From Octopus vulgaris (lineage: Eukaryota), in assembly GCA_951406725.2 (NCBI GenBank), contig OX597830.1, forward strand, positions 76,694,001-76,758,000: a DNA stretch of 64,000 nt, in the 5' to 3' direction. The translations under genes were made by a program, and so were the position numbers. Numbering within the stretch: position 1 is the first letter of the stretch; every line of letters starts with the position of its first letter. Shown here piece by piece: positions 14,303 to 28,121 of this stretch. The notes below the pieces were generated by a model. That model did not search any database. It was not told the DNA's origin and saw only the letters and a list, made by a program, of their open reading frames with translations.

Positions 14303-15633
14303 GTGTGTGTGTGTGTGTGTGTGTAATGTACATATGTGCATATGCACACACATAGTCATATACAATACTTGGGATGGTGAGTGCCGGGGAGATGATAATG
14401 GTGTTGGTGTTGATAGTGGTAGGGAAGTGTTATAATAGTGTCTATGCTATGGTAATTTGTCACTACTGTGAGTGATAGTCTGGTTGTTGTTACTGTTGTA
14501 ACCAGAATCACTTCTTATCGAAGAATTCCATGCCGAAAACCATTTCAGAATCGAAGAACTTACCTTTTATCAAGAACAGGTTAATGCACCTTTGTTCCAT
14601 ATTATTCAACTTGTTTTCAATTTCTAATAACTTGTCTGCTATTTCTAGCAGATTGGACGACTTAACCGACAAGCCATATAGTGGTGGTGGTGGTGGTGTT
14701 GGTGGTGGTGGTGATGTGGTTGGTAAGAGAGACAATGAGGAGGTGTGTTAGTGGTGGTAGAGGTGCAGTGGGGATGGGTAGGTTCCTGCTTCCTACCTCA
14801 AGGGAATTCTTCGTTATTTTGGAATTCGCAAATATACGAATATCTGTCCATATTTGAATGGAAGGTTCAGGTGACGGGGAGTGGTGTAGGATAGGGTTTG
14901 AGGCGAAGGAGCAACAACAGAAGAGTAACAGTAATAGTAGTAATAGTGGTGGTAGTGGTGGTAGTGGTGGTGGTGGTGGTGGTGGTGGCGGTGGTGGTGT
15001 TGGTGGTAGTAGCAGTAGTACTAAAAAGAAGAAAAAAGAGGAGGAAATGAGAAGGTGGAGGAGGAGGAAATGGGGAGGGGGAAGGGGAGACGGGACAAAA
15101 AAGAAAACAAAATCAAGAACAATAAGATGCGGAGCACGAGGACCATAGCACCGGCATCAACAAAGTTGATTTATTGCAAAACACTCCCAATTCATTTTTG
15201 TCTCCGTTCCGACCACCACTACCACCACCACCACCACCACCACCACCATCACCACCACCACCACCACTAACAACAACAACATTACAACCTCTTCACCACC
15301 ACAACCAGTACAAACAACAACAACAGCAACAACGGCAACGGCAACAACAATAACAACATTTACCACGCGAAAATCTACTACCAAAATAATCCCACACTCT
15401 TTTTACAAACACCTTCCCGCCTCGACACAGCAACAGCCCATCACCATTGCCACCACCTACACCAGCAGCATAACAACCATCTTCACCATCGTCACCATAA
15501 GTGCCTCTGATACTTGCTACTGTCGCCATTTTCCCCCTCACATCCGGTCATCTGGATGGTATTATAAGTGGGCATTAGTTCATTCATTCAAAGACAAGAA
15601 ATTATTGAATAGCGACAGAATATGTATGGTCAC

Positions 15634-15680
<47 letters not shown>

Positions 15681-15687
15681 AAATAAA

Positions 15688-15719
<32 letters not shown>

Positions 15720-15834
15720 GTTGTGATGCATGTGCCTGGTGTACCTTTATCAGACGGGTAGTCATGATGGGTATATTGGGCTTTGTATATTTTACCCCAG
15801 TGTCACTTTGATGGCATGAACTGCTCTCTCACTC

Positions 15835-15905
<71 letters not shown>

Positions 15906-15912
15906 AAATAAA

Positions 15913-15963
<51 letters not shown>

Positions 15964-16012
15964 AATAATGATAATAGTAATAATAATAATAATGATAATG
16001 ATAATAATAATA

Positions 16013-16215
16013 AGACAAATACATAACAAAAACACCAGGACTTAGAAATATTTACAACTTACACAAAATTGCACTACTGGGCACTGCACACATCCTACGC
16101 AAAACACTTTCAATGCAGTAACCATAAGAGCATCACAACAAATCACAGCACATACCCAAGGCACACAGAGCTGCGCTCGGTAGTGAAGTGAAAGCATGAT
16201 ATAAATATAAAACTA

Positions 16216-16275
<60 letters not shown>
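16013..16275 (+). mobile_element. 3' end of R4/Dong-clade non-LTR retrotransposon in (TAA)n
   Basis: DKYITKTPGLRNIYNLHKIALLGTAHILRKTLSMQ* then 3' UTR and (TAA)n tail. Confidence 0.8.
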
Positions 16276-16277
<2 letters not shown>

Positions 16278-16281
16278 CAAA

Positions 16282-17904
16282 AAATGGTGGAAAAAAGAAC
16301 GATGGTGGAAACGACGCATTGAAAGGGGCATAATGCGGGCAAAGCTTGATTTAGCAAAATTTGAGCAATGGTCAAATGGAAATTGGAAAAAATAGGAAAA
16401 AGATCGACCGCGAAAAATTAGAGAAGAAATATAAAATACGGAAGAACGGGTTTGATGTCGATGTAGAGCAGTTATAACAGAGGGTCGTAGCAAAAAGCCA
16501 GAAGATCAGAAGATTTGTGAACAGAAATAAGCAGTTCGCGGAGAACAGATTGTTCAAAAATAAATCGAAGCAATTCTTCCGAATATTAGGAGACGGTGAG
16601 GAAAATGTTGCTCCTGATGCAAATTAAGCTAAGGAGTTCTGGAGTGGATTATGGGGAAACAATTTGATGTATAAAAGGGATGCAATGTGGATAGGAACTA
16701 TCAAGACAGAATTACAAGGCGGAAAGAAACAAAGGAATACTGTCATAAGCACGGGTGATGTGAAAGAACAAATGGGTAAAGTGCCTAACTGGAAATCCCC
16801 CGAACCAGATGGAATTCATGGCTTCTGGCTGAAGTGAAGCCATGCAGTGCATGAAAGACTAGCAGCCCAATTGAATGAGTGTGTCCAGAAAGGTACAGTC
16901 CCCGCGTGGATAGGGACTGGGAGGACAACACTTGTAATGAAAGATAGAAGAAACAGGAATATTGTGGGAAACTACCGTCCTATTGCATACCTAAACATAA
17001 TCTGGAAGATACTCAGTGAAATATGTGCGGCAAAGACATACACTTTCCTGACACAGGAAGAAATACTACCAAGGGAACAAAAAGAATGTAGGAAGAGTTC
17101 TCAGGGTACCAAGGACCACCTGGTCATCGATAAAACAGTTTTGAGGCATTGTAAAAAACATCAATCAAACATGCCTTTGGCTTAGATTGACTTTAAGAAG
17201 GCATATGATATGATGCCTCATTCTTGGATTATTGAATGCCTGTAGATGTTTGGTGCTGCTGACAATATCACAAATTTTCTGATGCATAGCATGAAAAAAT
17301 GGAAAATAAAATTGTATTCCAGTAATGTATTCCTTGGAGAAGTTAATATTGAAAGGGGAATCTTCCAAGGTGACTCGTTTCCTCCGTTACATTTTGTAAT
17401 TGCACTAATACCCGTAACAATGACACTAAGGAAAGTTAAGATGGGTTTCCGATGTGGGAAGAAAGGCCCATCATTGAACCATCTTCTGTGTATCGATGAC
17501 TTGAAATTGTTTGGGAAATCTGAAAAACAGATAGATTAACCAAAACAGTCCAGTAATGTGGTAGGGACATCGGTATGGAATTTGGGATTACCAAATGCTC
17601 AGTAAATAATATGAATAGAGGGAAAAAAGTAGCCTGCAGAGGATTGCGATTACCATCAGGAGAGACCATGGGTGAACCCGACGGTCGTGGGTATAGATAT
17701 TTAGGGATTTTGGTGCTCGATGACATTCTACACGGATAAATGAAAGTCAAGGTCAGCAAGTTGTATCAAAAAAGCGTGAAGATGGTGTTGAAATCCAACT
17801 TGAATGCCAACAATTTGATTGCCGCAATGAAAATCTGGGCAGTTGCGGTGGTCAGATATAGTGCATCTATCCTCAAATAGACTAAGGAGGAAATATCAAC
17901 ACTG
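16282..17904 (+). pseudogene. R4/Dong-clade reverse transcriptase pseudogene
   Basis: WWKRRIE, NWKSPEPDGIHGFWLK, NYRPIAYL, IDFKKAYD, RGIFQGDSFPPL, LNHLLCIDDLKLFG, YRYLG; many stops and frameshifts. Confidence 0.9.
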
Positions 17905-17952
17905 ATATATATATATCTGTTAAAATTTCTTATTGACGAGTTTCATTTCTTC

Positions 17953-18040
17953 ACTTTTCTGAAGAGAAGATTACATTGCTTTACATCATTTATTCCTTTG
18001 GAATAATATCAGTGAAATCTTCGAAACATGTATCGGAAGT
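17953..18040 (+). ncRNA. Type I hammerhead motif, relative of 12074-12155
   Basis: ACUUUU-CUGAAGA-GAAGAUU...AAUCUUC-GAAAC-AUGU-AUC^GGAAGU. Shares loop II block UUUAUUCCUUUG; C15.2-A16.2 mismatch; (TA)n 30 nt downstream. Confidence 0.75.
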
Positions 18041-18176
18041 CAAAGTATTTGAATTATACCTGCATTTATTTATATATATATATATTTATATATATATATA
18101 TATATTGTAGACAGACAGACCGATAGAGAGACAGTCAGTCAGACAGACAGACAGACCGATAGAGAGACAGTCAGTC

Positions 18177-18251
<75 letters not shown>

Positions 18252-18636
18252 TAAATAGATAGATAAGATAAGATAAAGAAAACAAACTATAGATAATAAC
18301 CACTGGGCATTTTTACTTGGAGTCGTAAATACTCAATACAGAGTCGCATAAGCCAGTTAACATTCTAAGTTTCGTATATGTCGTTATATGCCCACAACGT
18401 CACGTGTGCAAAGTGAAGCAGCTGTGTAAGTGAATGTGTGGGTATTTGAGTCTATGTATTTGTGTATGCGTATATTAGTATGTACGGATTTCTGTTTAGA
18501 AGCATTAGTGTAAGCAACTGTGTATGAATGAAGGCTTTTGTTAATCTACATACCGACTTACATGTGTTTTTTGTCTTGCAGTATGTGAGTGATTGGTTTT
18601 TGTTTCTAGATAAACAGTGGCGAATACATCCTTACA

Positions 18637-18815
<179 letters not shown>

Positions 18816-19090
18816 CAGATAAATAGATATGGATATATATATATACACACATACACATACATACATACATACACATATATATATATACCTATATATGTAT
18901 GTGTGTGTAAATATACATACATATATAAACATCTATATATATACATAGATGTGTACGTAATATATACACACAAATACATGCATAATACACACACACACAC
19001 ACACACACACATAAATATATACAAATATATCTGTCTATCTAGCTTTGTATGTATGTATGTATGTATGTATCTATTCTATCTATCTATCTA

Positions 19091-19140
<50 letters not shown>

Positions 19141-19300
19141 AGTATGTATGTGTGCATACATACATAAACACAGACCAATATATGGACGGAACACATTTCT
19201 ACTCATGCTTTTGTAATGCGTATGTGTGAGGTCTCTATGTTTGATCATGTGTGAAGCATATATATATATATCCACACAGACACGCATATATACATATGTA

Positions 19301-19378
<78 letters not shown>

Positions 19379-19555
19379 CAAAAGTTCACAACAGGCATAT
19401 ACATGCGTGTGTGTGTACTTATATGTATATGAGTGTGTATGTACACATGTATATATCTATATACATTTGTATTCAAGGTTTCATCATTTCGTTCGTATAT
19501 ATATTCGTCTCTTTCCCTATAACTCTCTCGTTTCTCCTGTTATACACACTTACAC

Positions 19556-19603
<48 letters not shown>

Positions 19604-19984
19604 ATTCACGGTCATACACACATTGACAGGCACATACCTACATACATATACGTATATGTGCACGTCTATATGTGTGCGTGTGAGTATGTAAATTTGTATG
19701 AATATGCACAACTTATGTTTGTGTGTGTGTGTTTGAGTGTGTGTGTTCCTGTGTGTCCAGGCGGCCTCGACTTTTGTCAGATCAGGAGTTCTAGACATTG
19801 ACAAAAGAGTTTTGAGTGAAATAGCGCGGATCTCGCAGACCAGAAGTAAGACCCCCGGTATAATTAAGTGTTGGAGTAGGAAGACAGTGGGGATAGGGAT
19901 GGGGGAGATGTGGTATAGTGGAGGTGGGGAGGCGAACGAAGGAGGTGGCAAAAATGGCAAATAGAAAGAAAAGAAGTTGCGGTA

Positions 19985-20251
19985 GATGATGATGATGATG
20001 GAGGAGGAGGAGGAGGAGGAGGTGGAGGAAGGGGAGGAGGGGAAGTGTAGTAGGAGCAAGCAGAATTGCTGAAAATAGTGGTGGTGTTGATGGTGATGAT
20101 AATAATAATAAAGGTGGTGGTGGTGGTGGTGGTAGTGGTGGTGGTAGTGGTGGTGGTGGTGATGGTAGTGGTGATGGGGATAATGAAGATTGCGATGGTG
20201 ATGGTGGTGATTGTGGTGTCGCTGGTGGAGGAACAAAAGCGAGTTGAGCAG

Positions 20252-20283
<32 letters not shown>

Positions 20284-20430
20284 AGAAGAAGAAGAAGAAG
20301 AAGAAGAAGAAGGAGAAGAAAAAGGAGAAGAAGAAGAAGGAGAAGGAGAAGGAGAAGAAAAAGGAGAAGAAGAAGAAGAAGAAGAAGAAGAAGAAGAAGA
20401 AGAAGAAGAAGAAGAAGAAGAAGAAGAAGA
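19985..20430. repeat. Trinucleotide low-complexity array (GAT/GAG/GGT/GAA)n
   Basis: Directly visible; source of poly-E/K/F/S/L ORFs. Confidence 0.95.
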
Positions 20431-21074
20431 AGGCAACCACAACAGCAACAACGATAGTAACAACCAAATAGATGAAAGGCCAAAAGGTGAGGATGGAAGA
20501 AATATGTGCTTCTGGGTTTGTGTCTGGTAAAAACGTATTGTTTCCACAGAAGAATTCACTGAATAAAAGACGAAGGTGTCTTTCTTCTGTGTTTGGTGAA
20601 TATCAATGTACATTTTCTTCTGGCGCGTAAAGGTAAAATATTTTGTCCAGAATGTTGAAGAATTCACAATTTGAGCAGATAAGCTACTTCTGAAGAAATT
20701 TATACAAGGCTACTAGACCTGTCAAAAGTAGCAGTCAAATCTCACTCAACTTTCAGATGACTATCTTTTAAGCCAGTAAGAGTCAAGAGAGATATTTCTG
20801 CTGCTGTTTCTAGCAAATGAAATGACCACAGTTTCAGACAACAAAATAAAAAATACAAAAAAATCTCCTCAAATAATGAAGCACTAATTCATTTTTCATT
20901 ATAGGCGAACATATATATATATTCCAAGAAAGAGGTTGTGAATCCAACCAACTAAGGGATAATATCTATCCAATATACTGCTGGTATAATACCCAATTAT
21001 TAAAACACAAGTGTTTTTTTATTGCATTGCAATTACATTACCGAACGTACTAAATGGGTGAAGGTAAACAGATA

Positions 21075-21320
21075 TTTTACCATTAATGACATTTACAACA
21101 AAATACATACATGTATAACATGTTATGCTTTACATATAAGATATAAAATATATTGATATATAAAGATACCAGTAATTATTACAGTAGAACATACATGTAT
21201 AACATATATGTATGTTATACTGTAATAATTACTGGTATCTTTATATATTAATATATGTTATATGTAAAGCATAATATGTTTTACATGCATGTATATTCTT
21301 GTAATTTTCCTATTAGTAAA
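21075..21320. repeat. Imperfect AT-rich palindrome (arms about 110-120 bp)
   Basis: TATATAAAGATACCAGTAATTATTACAGTA ... TACTGTAATAATTACTGGTATCTTTATATA; centre near 21203. Confidence 0.85.
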
Positions 21321-21462
21321 TAAATAAATAAATTAACATAATATAATGTCCTAAAAGTTGATGAACCACCTATTGATCCCTTCCATTTTCTTATTGCTCT
21401 CTCTATATAAATATATATGTATATATATATATATATATATACATATATATATAATGTATATA

Positions 21463-21494
<32 letters not shown>

Positions 21495-21499
<5 letters not shown>

Positions 21500-21745
21500 C
21501 TTGAGCAAGGCACTTTATTTTCACGTTGCTCTAGTTCACTCTGCTGTAGAAATGAGTTGCGACGTCACAGGTGCCAAGCTGTATCTGCCCTTGCCTTTCC
21601 CTTGGATAACATCGGTGACGTGGAGAGGGGAGGCCGGTATGCATGGGCGACTGCTGGTCTTCCATAAAACAACCTTGCCCATACTTGTGTCTCAGAGGGT
21701 AACTCTCTAGGTGCAAACCCATGGTCAGTGTATGACCGAAGGGGG
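21495..21745 (+). mobile_element. SINE family C body (headless); relatives at 33195-33500 (-) and 54885-55140 (+)
   Basis: TGTTCTTGAGCAAGGCACTTTATTTTCACGTTGCTC...GCATGGGCGACTGCTGGTCTTCCA shared among the three copies. Confidence 0.8.
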
Positions 21746-21753
21746 TCAGAAGA

Positions 21754-21851
<98 letters not shown>

Positions 21852-21858
21852 GTAAAAA

Positions 21859-22011
21859 GCATGGCTGTGTGGTAGGTAGCCTGCTTACCAACCACATGAT
21901 CCCGGGTTCAGTCCCACTGCGTGGCATCCTGAGCAACTGCCTTCTACTACGGTGCCGACCAAAGCCTTGTGAGTGGATTTGGTAGACGGAAACTGAAAGA
22001 TGCCCGTCGTG

Positions 22012-22058
<47 letters not shown>

Positions 22059-22270
22059 ATGTATATGTTTGTGCGTCTGTGATTGTCCTCCCACCATCGC
22101 TTGACAACCGATGTTGGTGTGTTTTTGTCCACGTAACCAAGCGGTTCGGCAAAAGAGACCGATAGAATAAGCACTACGCTTACAAAAAATAAGTCCTGGT
22201 GTCGATTTGTTCGATTAAAAGGCGGAGCTCCAGTATGACCGCAGTCAAATGACTGAAACACATAAAGGAA
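21859..22270 (+). mobile_element. SINE family A, near full length
   Basis: Same head, body and tail as 10730-11160. Confidence 0.9.
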
Positions 22271-22320
22271 TATATATATAAAATATATATATATATATAT
22301 ACACATATATATACGTATAC

Positions 22321-22361
<41 letters not shown>

Positions 22362-22491
22362 GCATATATATATAGGTACATGTATATACATATACATACA
22401 TATGCATATATATGTATGTTTAATTACATATATATAATATATATATATTAGATATTTATATACATATATATGTGTGTGTACGTATATATGT

Positions 22492-22533
<42 letters not shown>

Positions 22534-23181
22534 AACGTGAACTATAATTACCACGTCGTAGGCAAGTTTAGCGTTATTGAAATTCAATAATCTTTACCTA
22601 ATTATTTTTCTTTCTCAAGTTTCCGTTCGTTAGACACCTCGTTTTTCATTACATACGTTAAAATCATTAACTGCCAGTTTAACTGAAGTTTATTCAAGAG
22701 AAAACTCAGAAAATATACGGAGAGCAAAAAAGAAAAAAAGCAACTACTGTATTACCATCAGCAACACCACCACCACCACCAATAACAAATGGCCGAAACA
22801 CCACCGCTACCAACTTGAACAACGACAGCATGAATAACGCAATTAACGGCATAAAGTAAATGAAAGGATACACAATAGCAAAGACACAATATAAACGTGT
22901 GTATATATGTATATATATGTGTGTAAATGCGTATAATGTATTGATTTTTCTTTTATATATATATGTGTGTGTGTGTGTGTATGCGTGTGTGTATAATAGG
23001 AGATATATTTATATGCACGGAGTTAACCGTGTGATTCATATATGAGATCGTGTCGTAATTATGTGTCTGCGGCTTCGATGCAATTCCGTGGCACGTTGAG
23101 CAAGTGTCATCTATTGTAAACTCGAGTCGGCTAATAACATGTAAGCGGGTAATAGAGCAGAAGTTTACATGTTTATATGTT

Positions 23182-23221
<40 letters not shown>

Positions 23222-23226
<5 letters not shown>

Positions 23227-23343
23227 CAAACACATAATTTTCTTATGGTTTCTTAAACATTCTTTAGAACAACACTATGTACAAAACCAGATATATGGCA
23301 CCCTAGGCATAACACTAACATGAGCTTCCAACTTGTTGTCCCT
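23222..23343 (+). mobile_element. R4/Dong 3' UTR fragment, tail-to-tail with the next copy
   Basis: Reverse complement GGGACAACAAGTTGGAAGCTCATGTT...GTGCCATATAT matches 23423-23475. Confidence 0.65.
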
Positions 23344-23357
23344 TATTATTATTATTA

Positions 23358-24490
23358 TTCTATGTTTGACTTTTGCTTTATGTCTGTACAAGTTGGCTCC
23401 AAGTCTTACCCAGAGACCTCAAGAGACAACAGGTTGGAAGTTCACGTTGTTGTTATGCCCAGTGTGCCATATATTTGGGGGGTTTTTTTTGGTCTTGTAC
23501 TAGTGAATGTCTAATACATAAATTTAAAAAAAGAAAGTTTGTTTTGAACCTTGGGATTACATAGAGAGTATTTTGCGTAGGATATGAGCAGTTCCCATGA
23601 GCACTATCTTTTGAATTTCTGCCATTTTGAGGTTTCCTGGTATCTGAGTTAGGTAGCAATCAGCCCCTTTCGCTATCATTCCCAGGGCACCTATGACAAC
23701 AGGTATTGTTTTAGTCTTCAGGTTCCACATTTTGCTGATTTCTATTTCAAGATCTTTATATTTGCTCAGTTTTTGGTAGGTCTTGACAGATATGTTTATA
23801 TCGATTGGGACAGTCATATTAATGAGGAGGCATGTTCTTCGTCTGAAGTCTTTCAATATGATGTCTGGCCTATTTGCATCTATCTTTCTGTCAGTTTGAA
23901 TGGTGAAGTTCCAGAGGAGTGAGATGTGGTCATTTTAAAGCACTGGAAGTGGATTGTGTTCCCACCAGTTTTTTTCATAGGGCAAATCAAGATTTTTGCA
24001 AATTACCCAGTGAATATATTGTGCAGCTCTATCATGCCTGTTGAGGTACTCTGTGGGCGCTAGAAGGCTGCATTTGGAGACAACATAATCAATGGTTTTG
24101 TTTTGTTGTCGGCATACACGACATGTTGGGCTACTGCCGTTCTTTAATATGTTGGCCTGGTAGTTTCTTGTTGGTAGGCATTGATCTTGAGCTGCTATGA
24201 TAAACCCTTCTGTTTCAGATTTTAAGCCAGAGGCCATTAGCCATTGATGGGTCAGAGCTTTGTCAATATCTGCATTATTCGCTCTCTTTGGGTATTTGCC
24301 ATAGAGAGGTTTTTCTTGCCATTTATTATTCAGAATATCTAAGGCAGCAGTTTTGGCACGGGTTTTTATGCGCCTAGCTTTTTCTGTGCTTGTTTCTTGT
24401 ATGTCTATCGCTAACTCCGAAATTTGTTGTATTCGGAATTCACTTAGATATTCCTTTGCCTGTTTTGTTACTGAGTATGATGCTTTCTTA
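23358..24490 (-). mobile_element. 5'-truncated R4/Dong retrotransposon (CCHC finger + restriction-like endonuclease)
   Basis: LKSETEGFIIAAQDQ, CRVC...YVVSKC, RHDRAAQYIHW, ANRPDII, KYKDLEIEI, PVVIGALG, QKIVLMGTAHILRK; (TAA)n on both sides. Confidence 0.9.
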
Positions 24491-24512
24491 TTATTATTAT
24501 CATTATTATTAA

Positions 24513-24582
<70 letters not shown>

Positions 24583-24583
<1 letters not shown>

Positions 24584-25178
24584 TATGTTTGACTTTTGCT
24601 TTATATTTGTACAAGTTGGCTCCAGTCTCACCCAGAGACCTCAAGAGACAACAGGGTTGGAAGTTCATGTTGTTGTTATGCCTAGTGTGCCATATATTTG
24701 GGGGTGGGGGTGTTGTACTAATGAATGTCTAAAAAAAAAGTTGTTTTTTTTGTTTTTTTCTAAACCGAAAATTATGTTTGTTTTAAACCTTGAGATTACA
24801 TAGAAAGTATTTTGCGTAGGATATGAGCAGTTCCCATGAGCACTATCTTTTGAATTTCTGCCATTTTTGGGTTTCCTGGTATCTGAGTTAGGTAGCTATC
24901 AGCCTCTTTTGCTATCATTCCCAGGTCACCTATGACAACAGGTATTGTTTTAGTCTTCAGGTTCCACATTTTGCTGGTTTCTATTTCAAGATCTTTATAT
25001 TTGCTCAGTTTTTGGTAGGTCTTGACAGATACGTTTATATCGATTGGGACAGTCATATCAATGAGGAGGCATGTTCTTTGTTTGAAGTCTTTCAATATGA
25101 TGTCTGGCCTATTTGCATCTATCTTTCTGTCAGTTTGAATGGTGAAGTTCCAGAGGAGTGAGATGTGGTCATTTTCAG
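24583..25178 (-). mobile_element. Second 5'-truncated copy of the same R4/Dong family
   Basis: ORF 24796..25095 is nearly identical to 23557..23856; same 3' UTR; (TAA)n tail. Confidence 0.9.
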
Positions 25179-25180
25179 AC

Positions 25181-25287
<107 letters not shown>

Positions 25288-25513
25288 GAGCCGGGATAAT
25301 GAGCCGGCTTAGATGTGCATATTGTTCGGCTTAGAGATTCAAGAACACAAACCTATATAACTTCGGAAGAAACAAACGAAAGTGGTTTTTTCAAAGCCCT
25401 TTATACATCTAGATGTTAGTCTATATAACGGTTTGATATGGACTAGAAGTTGATGGATGAACAATGCGGTGAACGCTTTATAAAACTGTTGTGTTAGAGT
25501 GAACCGCTTACAT

Positions 25514-25792
25514 CAAGGGTTCTCAACCAAGGTCCATATGCTCTTGGGTGTCCACATAAGATTTTTTGATTTAATTTTATGCACAATTCTTCGCTCATAC
25601 TTCCACAACACACAAAATATTTTAAAAAAATTTTATACAATTTATATAATTATATAAAATAAATTTGTACGTTTCTATACAATTAAACAAGTAGGATGAT
25701 TATTTTTAATACACATCAAATGTCTATGAAGATCCAGTGGAGTAAAATAGGAATTAATGGGTTCCATAGGGAAAAATGGTTAAGAACCACTG
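25514..25792. mobile_element. hAT (Charlie-like) MITE
   Basis: TIRs CAAGGGTTCTCAACC / GGTTAAGAACCACTG; related copy at 55609-55855. Confidence 0.7.
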
Positions 25793-26126
25793 TGCTAGAT
25801 CTACGCTAGGCTTTCCTCCATTCTGTTGGATCGATGGATCAATGGAAGTCTTTAAAATTGGGCGATGACATTGCGTCTAATTTATGTTCTATGGAAAAAG
25901 CCAAATTATTTTATGTTATAAACTATCAAACGTTAACCTTGAGTGACAGATCGGCACTAAAAATACTACAAACAAGGCTTATGTTTCGAAACTGGTAGAC
26001 AACCAACTACACTTCACTTATTTCAGTTTCTTTTTCTTTAAAAAGTTTTGTTTGAGTTTTTATATGCACATGCATACATACATACAGACTGACAGATACA
26101 TAGATACACATGTATGTGTATATATA

Positions 26127-26187
<61 letters not shown>

Positions 26188-26429
26188 ATATATGTCTTTG
26201 TACAATTGCATCATTCGCTCTATTTCTATGTCGTCGATATTATTGTTTTTGATGTGTTCAGTGGACTGCAGCCACGCTGGAGTACCGCCTTGACAGGTTT
26301 TAATCGAACACATTAAGTCCAGTATTTACTTAAGTTATGAGAACGTAAACAAACCAACGCTGGTTGTCAAGCGGTCGCGGGTATATGGTGGGAAGAGACA
26401 AGCCCGATGACACACCGATACAGCTTCCG

Positions 26430-26492
<63 letters not shown>

Positions 26493-26656
26493 GTGTTCAT
26501 ATATATGCATGTATATTTGTATCCCTTAATACACAAATAAAGAAACTCTATCTACCAATGCAGTGTTCAGCACTCATTCTCGTCGTGTGACCGTGTGTGT
26601 ACCGTTGGCGATTTTTTTCCTCCGTCTTCCCTTCCTTGGATCTTCCCTTTTCCTAT

Positions 26657-26691
26657 GTTTCTAACGAAGGGCTCCGCTCGAAACGTTAAAT
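26657..26691 (+). ncRNA. Minimal hammerhead-like motif, core mutated (CUAACGA)
   Basis: GUUU-CUAACGA-A-GGGC-UCC-GCUC-GAAACGUU^AAAU in a pyrimidine-rich segment ending at (TA)n 26793. Confidence 0.55.
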
Positions 26692-26788
26692 CCTCCATCT
26701 TCCCTTCCTTCCTGAGCCTCCAATAACACTATACTTGTTCCACGTCCTCGCGTTGTTGTGTTTTCTCTTTGTGTTTTCATGTTTGGAT

Positions 26789-26847
<59 letters not shown>

Positions 26848-27524
26848 GTGTGTGTGTATATGTATGTATGCATGTATGTATATATATACACATACACAGG
26901 CAAATGTATACATGATATTTATATATACATATATATATATAATGTATGCAATTTTATGCATAGCACGTCTCCAATTCACCCACAAAGTTGTGTGAGTGTA
27001 TACCTAATTAATTGTATGTTTTTTCACATTTATTTTCATCCTCATATTTTTTGTAAATATTAATTTGTGATATTCTCAATCTGATATGGAATATCTTAGC
27101 TCTGTGTTATTATTTATTTATTATTTGTTTGTTTGTTTGTTTGTTTGTTTCTGTTCACAACACCCGACTGTGTTTTTTTAAACAACATATATTCAAAGGA
27201 TCTTTTTACTCAAGGTCGCCATGAAGTCTGATTATAAAAAAGTTCAGTCTAACATTCCAACTGTAAAATAATCGTAACAATTCGTCATTGATTCTTACTT
27301 ATGAGTTGACATTGATTGCTTTCTTTGTTTGAAGAAATGATATTCCCTTTGTCTGTGTTTGGATGCCAGCATCGCTCGGGCATTAAACTATCCACTCATA
27401 CACACACACAAATTTAAGCATATCTACGCACACAAACAAAGGTATATATATATATATGTCTGTAATCTCTCTCTCTCGCATTCTCTCCATTCTCTCTCTC
27501 TCTTCCTCTTTATATATATATATA

Positions 27525-27572
<48 letters not shown>

Positions 27573-28121
27573 CACACACACATACACACATATATATACA
27601 TATAGATAGCTTGTACTTTGCTTGTATTATGTATATATATATGCTGAACACAGGGGACGATATCGATTTTACCACTCTTCACAACTGCTGGCATTGGGCC
27701 AAAAGAAAAAAAAAGAATTACCATTATCATTATTATTATTATGCAGGCAGGGAGCTGGCTGACTCGTTCACACGATGAACATAATACTTCGTGCATTTCG
27801 TCCGCCTTTTCGTTCTGAGTTCAAATTCTGTTGATGCCAAATTCCCCTTTCATCCCTTTCAGAGACGATATAGTATGTACCAGTTGAATACTGGGGTCGA
27901 GCTAATCGATTATCCTCTTCCCCGAAATACGCTGCATTGTGCCAAAATTTGAAACCAATACATATACATCCAAGTATGCTAAAGCAAACATATACTTATG
28001 TACACAGATACAGAGATATACTCATGTATACATACATACACACACACATACATTCATACATACATACATACATACATACATACATACATACATACATACA
28101 TACATACACACATACATACAT

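Noticed and set aside
20066-20530. Poly-V then poly-E ORF resembling a membrane-anchored acidic protein
   Set aside because: Pure (GGT)n/(GAA)n arrays, open in several frames on both strands.
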